From Candidatus Bathyarchaeota archaeon (GTDB lineage Archaea; Thermoproteota; Bathyarchaeia; Bathyarchaeales; Bathycorpusculaceae), in the NCBI GenBank assembly GCA_963770935.1, contig CAVYRJ010000003.1:1-64000 (forward strand): a stretch of DNA of 64,000 nucleotides, written 5' to 3'. Below are positions 21,162-31,033 of the stretch, one piece after another. Position 1 is the first letter of the stretch. Every line of letters starts with the position of its first letter. The translations under genes and the position numbers were made by a program. The notes beneath the pieces were generated by a model. That model did no database searches and was not told the DNA's origin. It worked only from the letters and a program-made list of their open reading frames with translations.

Positions 21162-21332
21162 CTACTCGAATTTTCCGCCGCACATTGGGCAGTTTTTCTT
21201 TATTGTGTTTGAAGGTGTTGGAAGTTGGAGTGTGCAGTAGAAGCAGAAGTATATCTTGCATTTTTGGCAGCAGTAGAATCCGCCGCCTATGTATTTTCCG
21301 CAGGCGTCACATGGTCTTGATAGATCAACCAT
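21162..21332 (-). CDS. 56-aa Cys-rich Zn-finger protein (RING/FYVE-like spacing)
   Basis: CDAC, CQKC, CFYC, CPMC. Confidence 0.6.
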   Translation of the reverse strand: MVDLSRPCDACGKYIGGGFYCCQKCKIYFCFYCTLQLPTPSNTIKKNCPMCGGKFE

Positions 21333-21607
21333 AAAACTCACAGGGCTATTTTGCCTAAAGACCATAAAAAGCAAGGCGTTGAAACGACTATACCCGTAAT
21401 GGAGGGATAGGTAAAAGCAAAAATAACGAATTTGCAAATCTGACTTCGCAAGCTTTAGCGAAACCTTCTCAACAGAAGAAACGAATTACTCTTCGCAAAA
21501 AACGTTATCATGCATAATAACAAGTAAACCGATTAAGTTGATTGGAAAAAAAATAAACAGCAAAAAAACAGATTAATTCATGTATTAATGAAGAAATTCA
21601 TGGAAAA

Positions 21608-21796
21608 ATGCCAGTTTACAGCTGCTCATGTGGAGTTAAAATTCTAATTCTTCCAGACTTACCTGAAATGAGTAAAGCCATAAAAAATCATGTGGCTGTA
21701 CATAAAAAGTTATGTGGGCAAATCTTAACTGAAGATAATCTCACACAAGAAATCCTATCAGTCATCATAGAAGCTATATTTGAAACTCGTCACTGA
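21608..21796 (+). CDS. Small C2H2-type Zn-binding protein
   Basis: CSCG...HVAVH. Confidence 0.55.
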   Translation: MPVYSCSCGVKILILPDLPEMSKAIKNHVAVHKKLCGQILTEDNLTQEILSVIIEAIFETRH

Positions 21797-21965
21797 ATAT
21801 ATTAATAAAAGCACTTCAATCAACGACCTGTTGCTTTAGTTAAAAGAAGATCGCTATCAGCTTTTGCAAATTTTTTAATATGAAATTTTTTGTAAGGGAA
21901 TCGTTAAGTTCAGTTTCTGATAATAATATATTGTTCTTAAATTATAACTTAGGAGGAATAAAATT

Positions 21966-22271
21966 TTGGCCAATACATACAATGATCCTAATATTCCAAT
22001 CAAAGTGAAGACTAATCAACATTTTGAAATATCATTGGAATCAAACCCTACAACCGGTTACACATGGAATGCCGAATTTGATACGGCAATGTTAGAACAG
22101 CTCCAGCCAAAAAAATTTATTCTCAGATCAACGGCAATTGGCGGCGGTAGCGAAGAGTTATTTAAATTTAACTCCAAAAAAATAGGTGAAACCACTATAT
22201 TGATGAACTATGGTAGGATGGGAGAAAATACTCCTATAAAAACACAAAAATTCAATGTTATAATTAGCTAA
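21966..22271 (+). CDS. Chagasin-family (I42) cysteine-protease inhibitor
   Basis: LESNPTTGYTW, IGGG, FKF, YGR motifs; AGGAGG SD. Confidence 0.88.
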   Translation: MANTYNDPNIPIKVKTNQHFEISLESNPTTGYTWNAEFDTAMLEQLQPKKFILRSTAIGGGSEELFKFNSKKIGETTILMNYGRMGENTPIKTQKFNVIIS

Positions 22272-22428
22272 TTCGTACACCTTGTGAAATTCTTAGACTT
22301 GGAAAATTTGTGTTGAGCAATGCCATACGTTTTGCCTCAAAAAGCTGCGCCGAATTACCTACTAGCTCAAAATTAAAGCAATAATCGCTCCAGAAATTGA
22401 ATCCAAAATGTTGTTTGATTGGTCAGCG

Positions 22429-25068
22429 CTATGGTCTTTTTTTGATAATCAATAGAGCTGCTATTGCAATAGCTATAATTATGGCGACTCCTGTACCCAA
22501 AATGTACATTTCCACTGGAGACTGGGCAACTGCTGGCTGCGGCGTGGGTGTCAGTGGTGCTTCACCTACTGTTAAATAGGTTGTTGCAGTGGAAGGACCG
22601 TATGATTTGGAGCCTGCGAACATTGCAATTATCTGGTATGTCCCTGGTATTTCTGGGGTATATGGAAGAGCATAATTTCCGCTGATGTCGCTGGTGGTGT
22701 TACCGATGTGGACTAAGTTGCCGTTTGGATCAATAGTGTCCAAGCTAACTGGAACTCCCTTAGCGTTTGCAGGTTTCGGTTGCTGGTGGAACATATATTC
22801 CATCCAGGCTTCCATGTCTTCGTCGGATATTGCTGGTGTACCTTTGAGGATGAAGTCTTTGCTGCCTGCCGCATTGTATCTTCCTGAAGGAGATTGATCA
22901 GTTACGGTGCCTTCTATCAGTATGCGGTCTCCATTTGCTGATACTTTCGGAGATGCAGACACTGTGGTGGCGCTTGGTCCCATGCCATAGCAGTATATGG
23001 AGTTGTCAATTATGCTGTTGCCAACAAGGTAGCCGTCTGCAAGGTTCACAGATCCCCAGTGCTGTATTTGCCATAATAGTTCTCCTGTTTCTGCGTCTAC
23101 GCACCATATGTGTGCGTCGCGTCTTAGAGGCATAGTGGGCGAATGCTCGGTTGTGTAGAGGTATAGTTTTCCGTCTGCAATGCAAGCCATTGAAAGCGGA
23201 GAATTTGGATAGAAAGTTTCTCCTAAGCCATAGAGCGGGGCTGACCAGTTCCAAAGGATATTTCCTGTCTTTATGTCATAGGCGATTAGTTCTCCGCTGT
23301 AGCCGTAGCTAAAGAGTTTCCCTTGATAAATGCTGGTGCTCATGCCATAGTAGTTGAATTGGTCTTCGCTTGCGGTGGGACCCCAAAGCAATTGTCCTGT
23401 GTCAAGGCTGTAAGCCCAACGTGTCCTTGTGTATCTTTCTACAAAAGTAAAGACACCATCTTCAGGGTCTACATTTTGAAGTGAAACTCCGCCTGCTTCC
23501 CCGAGGTATGTGCTGTTAAGATATTTTTCTGCTGATTTTGGCGGTGTAAAGGGGATGTCCCACAGTGTTGTGCCTTCTTGACCTGGTTTTAGACTGTATG
23601 CCCTTAGAAAACCTTGGACTGTTCCTCTGTCGTCATTTAATCCTTGAGTTCCAACAATCACGTATTCATCCTCACGAACTGCTCGAATGGTGCCTGTTTC
23701 GTTGAGAATTGCGTTACGTGGACCCAGAATACTTGAAATCGATACGTTTAATGAGAATCCTTTGTTCCCGTCGAAGGTGTAGTTTAAGATGGGTCTCCAC
23801 ATTAAATAGGCGTTACCGCGGGTGCCAATTATACTTGTGTCATACATAGCTGACAAGATAGCTTGACTTGTGTTCCATACTTGCAAATAGTATTTCGGAT
23901 TTGCTGTGTTTCCAAGGTTGACTGTGTTGTATCGTCGAATGCTTCCGTCCTTGGCGTAAACCGCTGTACCTGCGGAGGAGACGTTAGCTATGCTGGATAG
24001 GTATTCGCCTGTTTCTGCATCAAACAACATCCAGTATTCGGGGGGTGGGTGCAGTTGTGCTCCATAAGTATGGAAAGCCTCCATGTTGGTTTCCAGACTC
24101 ATAGTTGTATACCTGACCAAAAGCAAGTGATTGTATAGGATTGCTCCTGAACTGGCAAAACCACTTCCGATTCCTGAAATGGGACCGGTAGTGTTATGGA
24201 AGTAGAGCGTTTCGCCTGTATAGAGGTCAACAGCCCACCATCCATATCTGGGCGGTGTCAAATCGTTGTAGAAGATTTTTCCGTTAATGATAATGTCGGG
24301 AGAGCCATAGCTTTCGTATGACATTCCTGAATAATACCCAACGCTGCCAAAACGCTCGTCCATGATGCCTCCAGCCCAATGTGGCTTTGACCACATTATG
24401 TGAGCACTTTCAGGTGCTTTGCCAAAGCCGAAATTAGTTGTTGGGCCATTTTGCTGAGCGGCACCGCTGAGCCAGTTAGCTGCGAGCAGATACCAGTCTC
24501 TGTTAGAACCGTATATTGGGCGCGTCCAGTAATCGTTTGGAAGCGGTGTTTCTTGATATTTGGGTATTGCCTCTTGTTGTACAGTAATTATTGTTGGCTG
24601 GCTTGTGCTTGGGGCAAAAGTGTCGTTAATATATGCTAAACCCGGTTGGTTAATAGGTGCAAAGGGTTGACCAGTTAGTGTTTGTCCAGGGAATCTGGCT
24701 ATGACAGTATATATGCCCGTTTGAGTTGGTGTATATAGTGTGAAAGCGCCTCCCACTGGGTCAGAACTGATAGGACCTATTGTTTCTTTGGTCTGGTCAG
24801 GCTTTGTGATGTCCAGGTAGAATTTCCATCTGTCACCATACGTGCCTGTTGATGTGGGCGGTATCCAGTCGATCCAAAAGACAATTAGAGTTTCTTGGCC
24901 CACTCCTATGGTTTCTGGTATGGCGGCAACGTAGCAGTATGTAGGAATATCAGTCCATGGAGGATAATGTGCATTGACAACTGACAAATTTATAAACGGA
25001 AAAGCGATAGCTATTACTAGAAGCAATGTTATCAAAGTAGTTATTGTTTTTCTATTTGCGAATTTCAT
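22429..25068 (-). CDS. Secreted, C-terminally anchored PQQ-like beta-propeller protein (paralog 1); compensated frameshift ~24040-24135
   Basis: Signal peptide, Ig-like N-domain, AxDxxTG..W blades, IADGKLY..TEHSP, C-terminal TM + KKRP. Confidence 0.88.
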   Translation of the reverse strand: MKFANRKTITTLITLLLVIAIAFPFINLSVVNAHYPPWTDIPTYCYVAAIPETIGVGQETLIVFWIDWIPPTSTGTYGDRWKFYLDITKPDQTKETIGPISSDPVGGAFTLYTPTQTGIYTVIARFPGQTLTGQPFAPINQPGLAYINDTFAPSTSQPTIITVQQEAIPKYQETPLPNDYWTRPIYGSNRDWYLLAANWLSGAAQQNGPTTNFGFGKAPESAHIMWSKPHWAGGIMDERFGSVGYYSGMSYESYGSPDIIINGKIFYNDLTPPRYGWWAVDLYTGETLYFHNTTGPISGIGSGFASSGAILYNHLLLVRYTTMSLETNMEAFHTYGAQLHPPPEYWMLFDAETGEYLSSIANVSSAGTAVYAKDGSIRRYNTVNLGNTANPKYYLQVWNTSQAILSAMYDTSIIGTRGNAYLMWRPILNYTFDGNKGFSLNVSISSILGPRNAILNETGTIRAVREDEYVIVGTQGLNDDRGTVQGFLRAYSLKPGQEGTTLWDIPFTPPKSAEKYLNSTYLGEAGGVSLQNVDPEDGVFTFVERYTRTRWAYSLDTGQLLWGPTASEDQFNYYGMSTSIYQGKLFSYGYSGELIAYDIKTGNILWNWSAPLYGLGETFYPNSPLSMACIADGKLYLYTTEHSPTMPLRRDAHIWCVDAETGELLWQIQHWGSVNLADGYLVGNSIIDNSIYCYGMGPSATTVSASPKVSANGDRILIEGTVTDQSPSGRYNAAGSKDFILKGTPAISDEDMEAWMEYMFHQQPKPANAKGVPVSLDTIDPNGNLVHIGNTTSDISGNYALPYTPEIPGTYQIIAMFAGSKSYGPSTATTYLTVGEAPLTPTPQPAVAQSPVEMYILGTGVAIIIAIAIAALLIIKKRP

Positions 25069-25168
25069 TTTTTTTTCCTTTTCCTAAAATTTGTTTGGCA
25101 AGAAAAACCTTTTCGGTAACAGGTTGCCCTGCCAACAAAAAACAGTAGCTTAAAAGAGGTATATTAAA
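25069..25168 (-). promoter_or_regulatory. Promoter and hairpin leader of propeller paralog 1
   Basis: TTTAATAT (25168-61), 24 nt, then GTTGGCAGG GC AACCT-loop-AGGTT TTT CTTGCCAA, then AGGAAAAGGAAAA before ATG. Confidence 0.6.
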
Positions 25169-25327
25169 TTATTCAGAAGTCACGATAAATAATACTTATG
25201 CAATAATATTAATCCCAATTTCATGCCTGCTCGCTTGTTCACTGAACACTAATGTATTGGAGAAAACTGTTATGCGTTTTCGACCTAAGTTGCTTCTTAT
25301 TTCATTATTTATTCTTACGTCTTCTAA

Positions 25328-25510
25328 TGCTAACTCGGACGAGTAGCACACGGTTAGAGACGGCAATTCTCCTAAACCGAAATTTTTTGCAAGCCCTTAA
25401 CCGTGCCGCATGTTGCAAGCGGTATCTATCAGGATTTTATGGGATACCACCTTTAGCTTCGACTTTTATTTTTAGAAAAATCGTCGTAGACTCGTCCTAA
25501 TTTTAGGATT
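25328..25510 (+). ncRNA. Candidate structured RNA or MITE-like element
   Basis: Nested inverted repeats GGACGAGT/ACTCGTCC, CACGGTTA/TAACCGTG, GGTATC/GATACC, CCGC/GCGG in an AT-rich spacer; strand uncertain. Confidence 0.35.
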
Positions 25511-25672
25511 GTTTGGTTTATGTTTTCTTTTTGAATATTTTGACTATTTGATTGTCTTTCAGAAAGAGTAATCACTATTAGTTGCAGGTAATTAGACTTA
25601 AGACTAACTGTTTAGATTCAAGAAAGCTTCATCTATTTTCCGCACATAAGCATAGAGAGTTGACAGGTTAGT

Positions 25673-25770
25673 TTTAAATAATCTTACTTACAGACTTGAT
25701 TCTGTTGGTTGGCGACCTTTCATAGGTTTGCTTACCAAAGGCAAATTATAGGAAAGGAAAAGTAAAAATG
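25673..25770 (+). promoter_or_regulatory. Promoter and hairpin leader of propeller paralog 2
   Basis: TTTAAATA (25673-80), 23 nt, then GTTGGTTGG CG ACCT-loop-AGGT TTG CTTACCAA, then AGGAAAGGAAAA. Confidence 0.6.
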
Positions 25771-25816
25771 AAAATCGCAAAGAAAATGACAATAATTTCT
25801 AACAGACCCAGGAAAT

Positions 25817-28265
25817 ATGATTAAAACCGCTATTACCGCGATTCTAATAATGACGCTCGCTATCACGTTTTTTGCGGGAGTTAAGCCAACCGATGCCTTG
25901 AAAACAGCTTACATTCAAGCCTATGCGGAACCTAACCCTACGGGCATCGGTCAAACCATGTTGATTGGAGGATGGATTACACCCCTCCCAAGTTACAGCC
26001 TACCCAACTTTGTCTACTGGGCGAACTTAACATTTCAGATCACAAAACCCAGCGGATCAGTCGGAACACTTGGCCCCTACACTGGTGGTTCAGCCGCAAA
26101 TCTCGCTGTGAAATATGTTCCAGATCAACTAGGCAATTACACTATCAAGATTTCATGGGATGGAGCCAGTTCGAGCCCGTCCCAATCCTATACCTATGCA
26201 CCTGTTTCGTCAACTACGACATTTACAGTGCAAGAAGAAGCCATTGTTCCCTGGCCAGGCGAAGCACTTCCAGGTCCGAACGATTACTGGGAACGCCCCA
26301 TAAATGCTGAATACAGAGAATGGAACGTCCTTGCGGGATCATGGTATTATTCGCAAGGACCATCGCGAGGCGGATACGACTCATCAGCAGCTAATTATCA
26401 ACCATATAGTCTAGCACCTAACACACCGCACATTAACTGGGCTAATAAAGTAACTCAAGGAGGCTTAATTGGCGGATTATCAGAAAGCGAGAAGTTCAAT
26501 GAAATCGTTGACATGCCCATTCTGGGCGGAATTGGCATCTACGCTGACAATTGGTTAACTGACCCTCATACAGCCGGATATGGAGCATTAATCGGCTCCA
26601 CCGAACCTGGATTTCCTAAGAGCACAGATAAGACAACGTTTACCCTTCACGGTATAGACATACGGACTGGAGAGGAACTGTATTCTCAACCAGCGTACTC
26701 ATTTGGGCTTTCTCCATCCGGTGGAACAGGTAGAACCGGTTCAATGCTGCGTGGATACATAGAACCCGTTCCAGCTTTGATGAGTTCAGGCGGAGCAGGT
26801 CCCAAAGCTTACTTGTTTGCCACGGGAAGCACCTTTGTCCGATGGGATGCTTTCACAGGAACACAGATGCTTGTAATGAACAGCACATTAACTGGAGCAT
26901 TTGACGGGAGATACGTGTACAGCAGAAGTGGCAGCAACCTAATCAAGTGGGACCTTACAGCGCTTGGAGGAGGCGAAACAGTTGCTGATGTAGTTGTTTA
27001 TAACGTGACCGCTCCTTCACTTGTAAGAGGAAACAGCACGACATACCTGTCCGTAGGCATGTTAGAGGGAACCCTAGGCTTAAGTACGTACACAGTCTCA
27101 TATGCTGATGGAACATCAGATCCGGGACTTGCTGGCATTGACTTAGAAACAGGAAAGCTACTGTGGAACAGAACTTTAGTTGGCTGGGGAAGCGTTAACC
27201 CGCAGTTCACATCATGCATTTCAAACGGAAAATACTTCCATATGTCATATGATACTAAGTGGCATTGTTTCGACATGAAAACCGGAGCAGAATTATGGGT
27301 AAGTGAACCCTCAGAATTGCCGTGGGGTCTCTTCGGAGGATATGCCTCAGCTGGTGCCTACAATCTATTCTACTCTTTCAGATACGACGGATACATCCGC
27401 GCCATTAACTGCACTACAGGGAAAACAGAATGGAACTATTACAGTGGCAACTCAGGAACAGAAACACCTTACGGTACATGGCCTTGGTTTAGCCCACCAG
27501 CCATTGCTGATGGAAAACTCTACGCAGCCACAAGCGAACACAGCCCCAGCAATCCCCCATGGAGAGGCAGCAAACTGTACTGTTTCAACGCAACCACAGG
27601 AGACGTAATATGGTCCTTCCCGTGGCTTGGAGGATACAAAGCTGTAGCAGACGGAATACTAGTAGCAGCCAACGAGTATGATGGGCGACTATATGGCTTT
27701 GGCAAAGGTCCAACTGCAACATCAGTTTCAGCATCGCCAAAAATCTCACGAACTAGAAAACAAAATACTGGTTGAAGGCTCAATCACTGACATATCCCCC
27801 GGCACAAAAAGCTCTGCACTTACAGCGCGTTATCCAAATGGAGTTCCAGCTGTTGCAGATGCAGACATGAGCACATGGATGCAATACCTTTACCTACAAA
27901 ACTTCACAATAAATCCTTCTGACGTAAAAGGAGTTGAAGTCGTGGTGAAAGTACTTGACCCAAACAACAACTACTACGAGGTTGGAAGAACTACTAGCGA
28001 CTCAGATGGCTTCTTCAAGACGACGTTTGAACCAGAAGTTCCAGGCGATTATAAAGTCGTCGCTGAATTTGAAGGCACTCAAGCATACTACAGTTCAAAT
28101 GCGAAAACTGCGATAAGCGTAACTGAAGCGCCACAATCAACAGAAGAGCCTGCCCAGCCGGTATCCATCTCTGAGCAGTACTTGCTACCGGGAATAGTAG
28201 CAATAATCGTTTCCATCTTTGTGGTTGGAGCAGTGCTTGGCATACTGATATTTAAAAAGAAGTAA
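25817..28265 (+). CDS. PQQ-like beta-propeller surface protein (paralog 2); +1 indel near 27749
   Basis: Same architecture; SASPKIS|ELENKILVEG aligns with paralog 1 SASPKVSANGDRILIEG if one base is removed; TM + KKK end. Confidence 0.85.
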
Positions 28266-28334
28266 GCAAAACAAATAAAACTCCTCTTTTTTTGTTTCCG
28301 TTCTACATTGAAATTTTCTGTCTTCGTGTAACTA

Positions 28335-28405
28335 TTTTTGTTGAGCTTGAAAGAAGGGAAAGAGGTAGGCGACTTAAAGAACGGCTTCTCCGTTTATAAT
28401 AAAAA
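28335..28405 (+). repeat. 71-bp dispersed repeat, copy 2
   Basis: Matches 20745-20815; lies just downstream of paralog 3. Confidence 0.9.
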
Positions 28406-28432
28406 GGGGGAAATGTTGTTTGGTTGGTCGTG

Positions 28433-30907
28433 CTATGGTCTCTTTTTAAACAGCATTAATCCGACTACGGCTATTGCAATGATTATAGCGATGGTTGATA
28501 CAGCAATGTACGTCATTATGTCGGTTGTTGTTGCTGTGATTGGTTGGGCTGTAGTGGTTGGTGTTGTTGTGGGTGTAGAGTAGACTGTAAAGGCTGAAAC
28601 TGCGTTGGATGACCCGTAAGAGTTGGATCCGGCAAATGTTGAGATAACTTGGTAGGTGCCTGTTCCAGCTGCAAGCGTATCCGTATTAACTCCTAAACTG
28701 TACTGGCCGCTTTTTGCATCGCTTGTGGCATCGCCAAGGTGTACTAAGTTGCCATTAGGATCAATCGCGTCGATTGACACTGGGACTCCTTTTGCGTTTG
28801 TTGGATATGCTTGTTGCTCGTATAGGTATTGCATGAATCCTTCTTGGCTATCATCAGATACTGCTGGGGCGCCATTTGGGAATAATGCTACTTGAGATGG
28901 ATTCTTTGTACCTGCAGATTCATCTTTCACGTTGCCTGTAATTGTAAAGCTAGAGCCTAGAGAGATGCCGCTTAGTGGTGCTGTAACTGTGGTGGAGCTT
29001 GGTCCCTTTCCGAAACCATAAAGTCGATTGTCATCTCCGTTTAGCGATACTAGGATTCCATCTGCGACAACACAAGGTCCCATGCCTGAACCACGACCTC
29101 CACCTGGACCATTCCACAAGCCTAGCACTTTCCATATGCCCTGCCCTGTTTCAGCATCGATGCAATGCAGTCTTTCTCCTCTAATCGGTGGACTATTTGG
29201 GCTGTGCTCGTTTGTTGCAATATAGATTTTCCCATCAGCAATTGTCATGCCACCAAAGAAGGGATATTGACCATAGGGAGTTTCAAAGCCTCCATCTCCA
29301 GACGCGTATTCCCAAAGTATTTTACCAGTTGCTAGATCATGGCAATGAACTAAACCGTCGTAACCAGCTACATATAGGTGACCGTAAGCTATCACTCCAG
29401 CTGCTGGATAAACAGCCCAACCATTCGTGTAGGGCTCAGAGGGACCCCATATTTGTTTACCAGTGAGCAAACTGTAGGCATTCCATTGCATTGTCTCTTT
29501 AATGAATCTGCAGTAGACGCCTTCACCTATGGGGGATGGGATGTTTCCTCCAGGCGAAGATAGAGATTGGTTTTCCGGGAGCGCTGCGCGGGTCTCGTTC
29601 CAAAGCATTGCGCCTGTGGTTGCGTCGTATCCTATGTCCATTGTACCGGCTGCAGCTAATAGTATGCCGTTGGAATATCCACGCATTGAAGTAATTGCCT
29701 GCGTGCCTGGTACATCGGGTACTGTAACATTCCATTGGATTCCTCTTGACCAGTTATATGTCTGTCCAGCACGAGGTCTCCATTGCCAATAGTTTGTTCC
29801 AGTTGTTCCAGCAAGTAGTTGAGTGTTATAGGAAGAGTTCCACAGGGTAAGCCGATTTTGTGTTCCGCTGAGAATATAGCATAACAGGTCACCAGCTGCC
29901 GATTGCGCGAAAAGGCCAGTGGATGCGTTTGCAAATTCGCATATCAAGTCTCCATTAAACGGGTCATACATTTGCCAGGTTGTGCCAGTCGTACTCCATA
30001 GATACGGTATTACTCCATGTTGGTTTGGTGAGTCATAGGCGTAAAGTTGCCCTCTTGAGATAGTTATGTTCTTCCACCAAATCTCCTCTCCAGTAGTTAG
30101 GTCAACACACATCGTTCCTGCAAACGAAGACGACCCTAATGGTGTGGAATAAAAGAGTCTGCCGTTAATTACTACAGGTGGTATCCATTTGCCTTCATAT
30201 GACAAACCATTGTAATAGTCTATGGAGCCGAATGGACCACCGACTAATCCGCCAAAAGCTATCTCTTTTGTCCATAGAATATGGGAACTGTTCGGTGCTG
30301 AAGTGTAGTTGGCGAATGCTCCTCCGTCTCCAAAAAATCCTCCGCCTCTGAAATCATAGTTGTAACCGCTTTGCAGCCAATTATCAGTTATTGACCACCA
30401 GTCTCTGTTCTCAGCGTTTATTGGGCGAGTCCAGTAATCGGTCGGTAATGGGTTGTTGGGGTATGATGGTATTGGCTCTTCTTGAACTGTCAGTTGCGCC
30501 GTTAAACTCATGCTTGGTTTATAATAGCTATTTGTGAGGTTTTCCCCTGCGAAGAAAGCTTGGAATGTATAATTGCCTATTTGGTCAGGGGTATATTTGG
30601 TGTATCCTGCTGCAACAGTATCTGAGGGGTATGGTCCTAGTGTTTCATTTTTTCCGTCGGGTTTTTGAACTGCGATTGTGAAGCCATGCCAGACATTTCC
30701 GGATGTGGGTGGAATGCTTGAAAGAAAGAAAGCAATTTCTACTTGCTGGCCTTTTCCCACAGTATGGGGGGCAACAGAAATGAAGAGGTAAGTTGCTGTA
30801 TCTGACTTAGCAAGTGGCAAGCTAACAAAGAAGGAAGCAGTTATTAATAGGAAAATACAAAGCGTGACTAAGTTTAGCTTTATTCGTATAAGTTTAGTGT
30901 TTTTCAT
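28433..30907 (-). CDS. PQQ-like beta-propeller surface protein (paralog 3), intact
   Basis: Signal peptide, DYWTRPINAENR, NQHGVIPYLW, IADGKIY..NEHSP, Thr-rich linker, TM + KKRP. Confidence 0.9.
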   Translation of the reverse strand: MKNTKLIRIKLNLVTLCIFLLITASFFVSLPLAKSDTATYLFISVAPHTVGKGQQVEIAFFLSSIPPTSGNVWHGFTIAVQKPDGKNETLGPYPSDTVAAGYTKYTPDQIGNYTFQAFFAGENLTNSYYKPSMSLTAQLTVQEEPIPSYPNNPLPTDYWTRPINAENRDWWSITDNWLQSGYNYDFRGGGFFGDGGAFANYTSAPNSSHILWTKEIAFGGLVGGPFGSIDYYNGLSYEGKWIPPVVINGRLFYSTPLGSSSFAGTMCVDLTTGEEIWWKNITISRGQLYAYDSPNQHGVIPYLWSTTGTTWQMYDPFNGDLICEFANASTGLFAQSAAGDLLCYILSGTQNRLTLWNSSYNTQLLAGTTGTNYWQWRPRAGQTYNWSRGIQWNVTVPDVPGTQAITSMRGYSNGILLAAAGTMDIGYDATTGAMLWNETRAALPENQSLSSPGGNIPSPIGEGVYCRFIKETMQWNAYSLLTGKQIWGPSEPYTNGWAVYPAAGVIAYGHLYVAGYDGLVHCHDLATGKILWEYASGDGGFETPYGQYPFFGGMTIADGKIYIATNEHSPNSPPIRGERLHCIDAETGQGIWKVLGLWNGPGGGRGSGMGPCVVADGILVSLNGDDNRLYGFGKGPSSTTVTAPLSGISLGSSFTITGNVKDESAGTKNPSQVALFPNGAPAVSDDSQEGFMQYLYEQQAYPTNAKGVPVSIDAIDPNGNLVHLGDATSDAKSGQYSLGVNTDTLAAGTGTYQVISTFAGSNSYGSSNAVSAFTVYSTPTTTPTTTAQPITATTTDIMTYIAVSTIAIIIAIAVVGLMLFKKRP

Positions 30908-31033
30908 TTTTTTCTTTTCCTTTCATTTTAAGAAGCAAACTGCTTCCACTCAATTCTTATCTTCTAAAAAGCTAATAAGAAAGTGCTAGGACACGTCGAT
31001 GAAACCTTAATATTGTAAAAAATAAATAGGGAA

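Larger units (their letters stand above)
20816..22406. mobile_element. Candidate nested non-autonomous cassette (~1.6 kb)
   Basis: Direct repeat AAATTGA(T/A)TCCAA (20816-28, 22394-406) and inverted repeat TTTCTG(G)GAGCGA (20833-45) / TCGCTCCAGAAA (22385-96); it separates two blocks that are adjacent at 28335-28440. Confidence 0.5.

Noticed and set aside
22429-30907. Calling the propeller proteins PQQ-dependent dehydrogenases
   Set aside because: Only the structural blade repeat is visible; no catalytic residues were identified and there are no pqq genes in the window.
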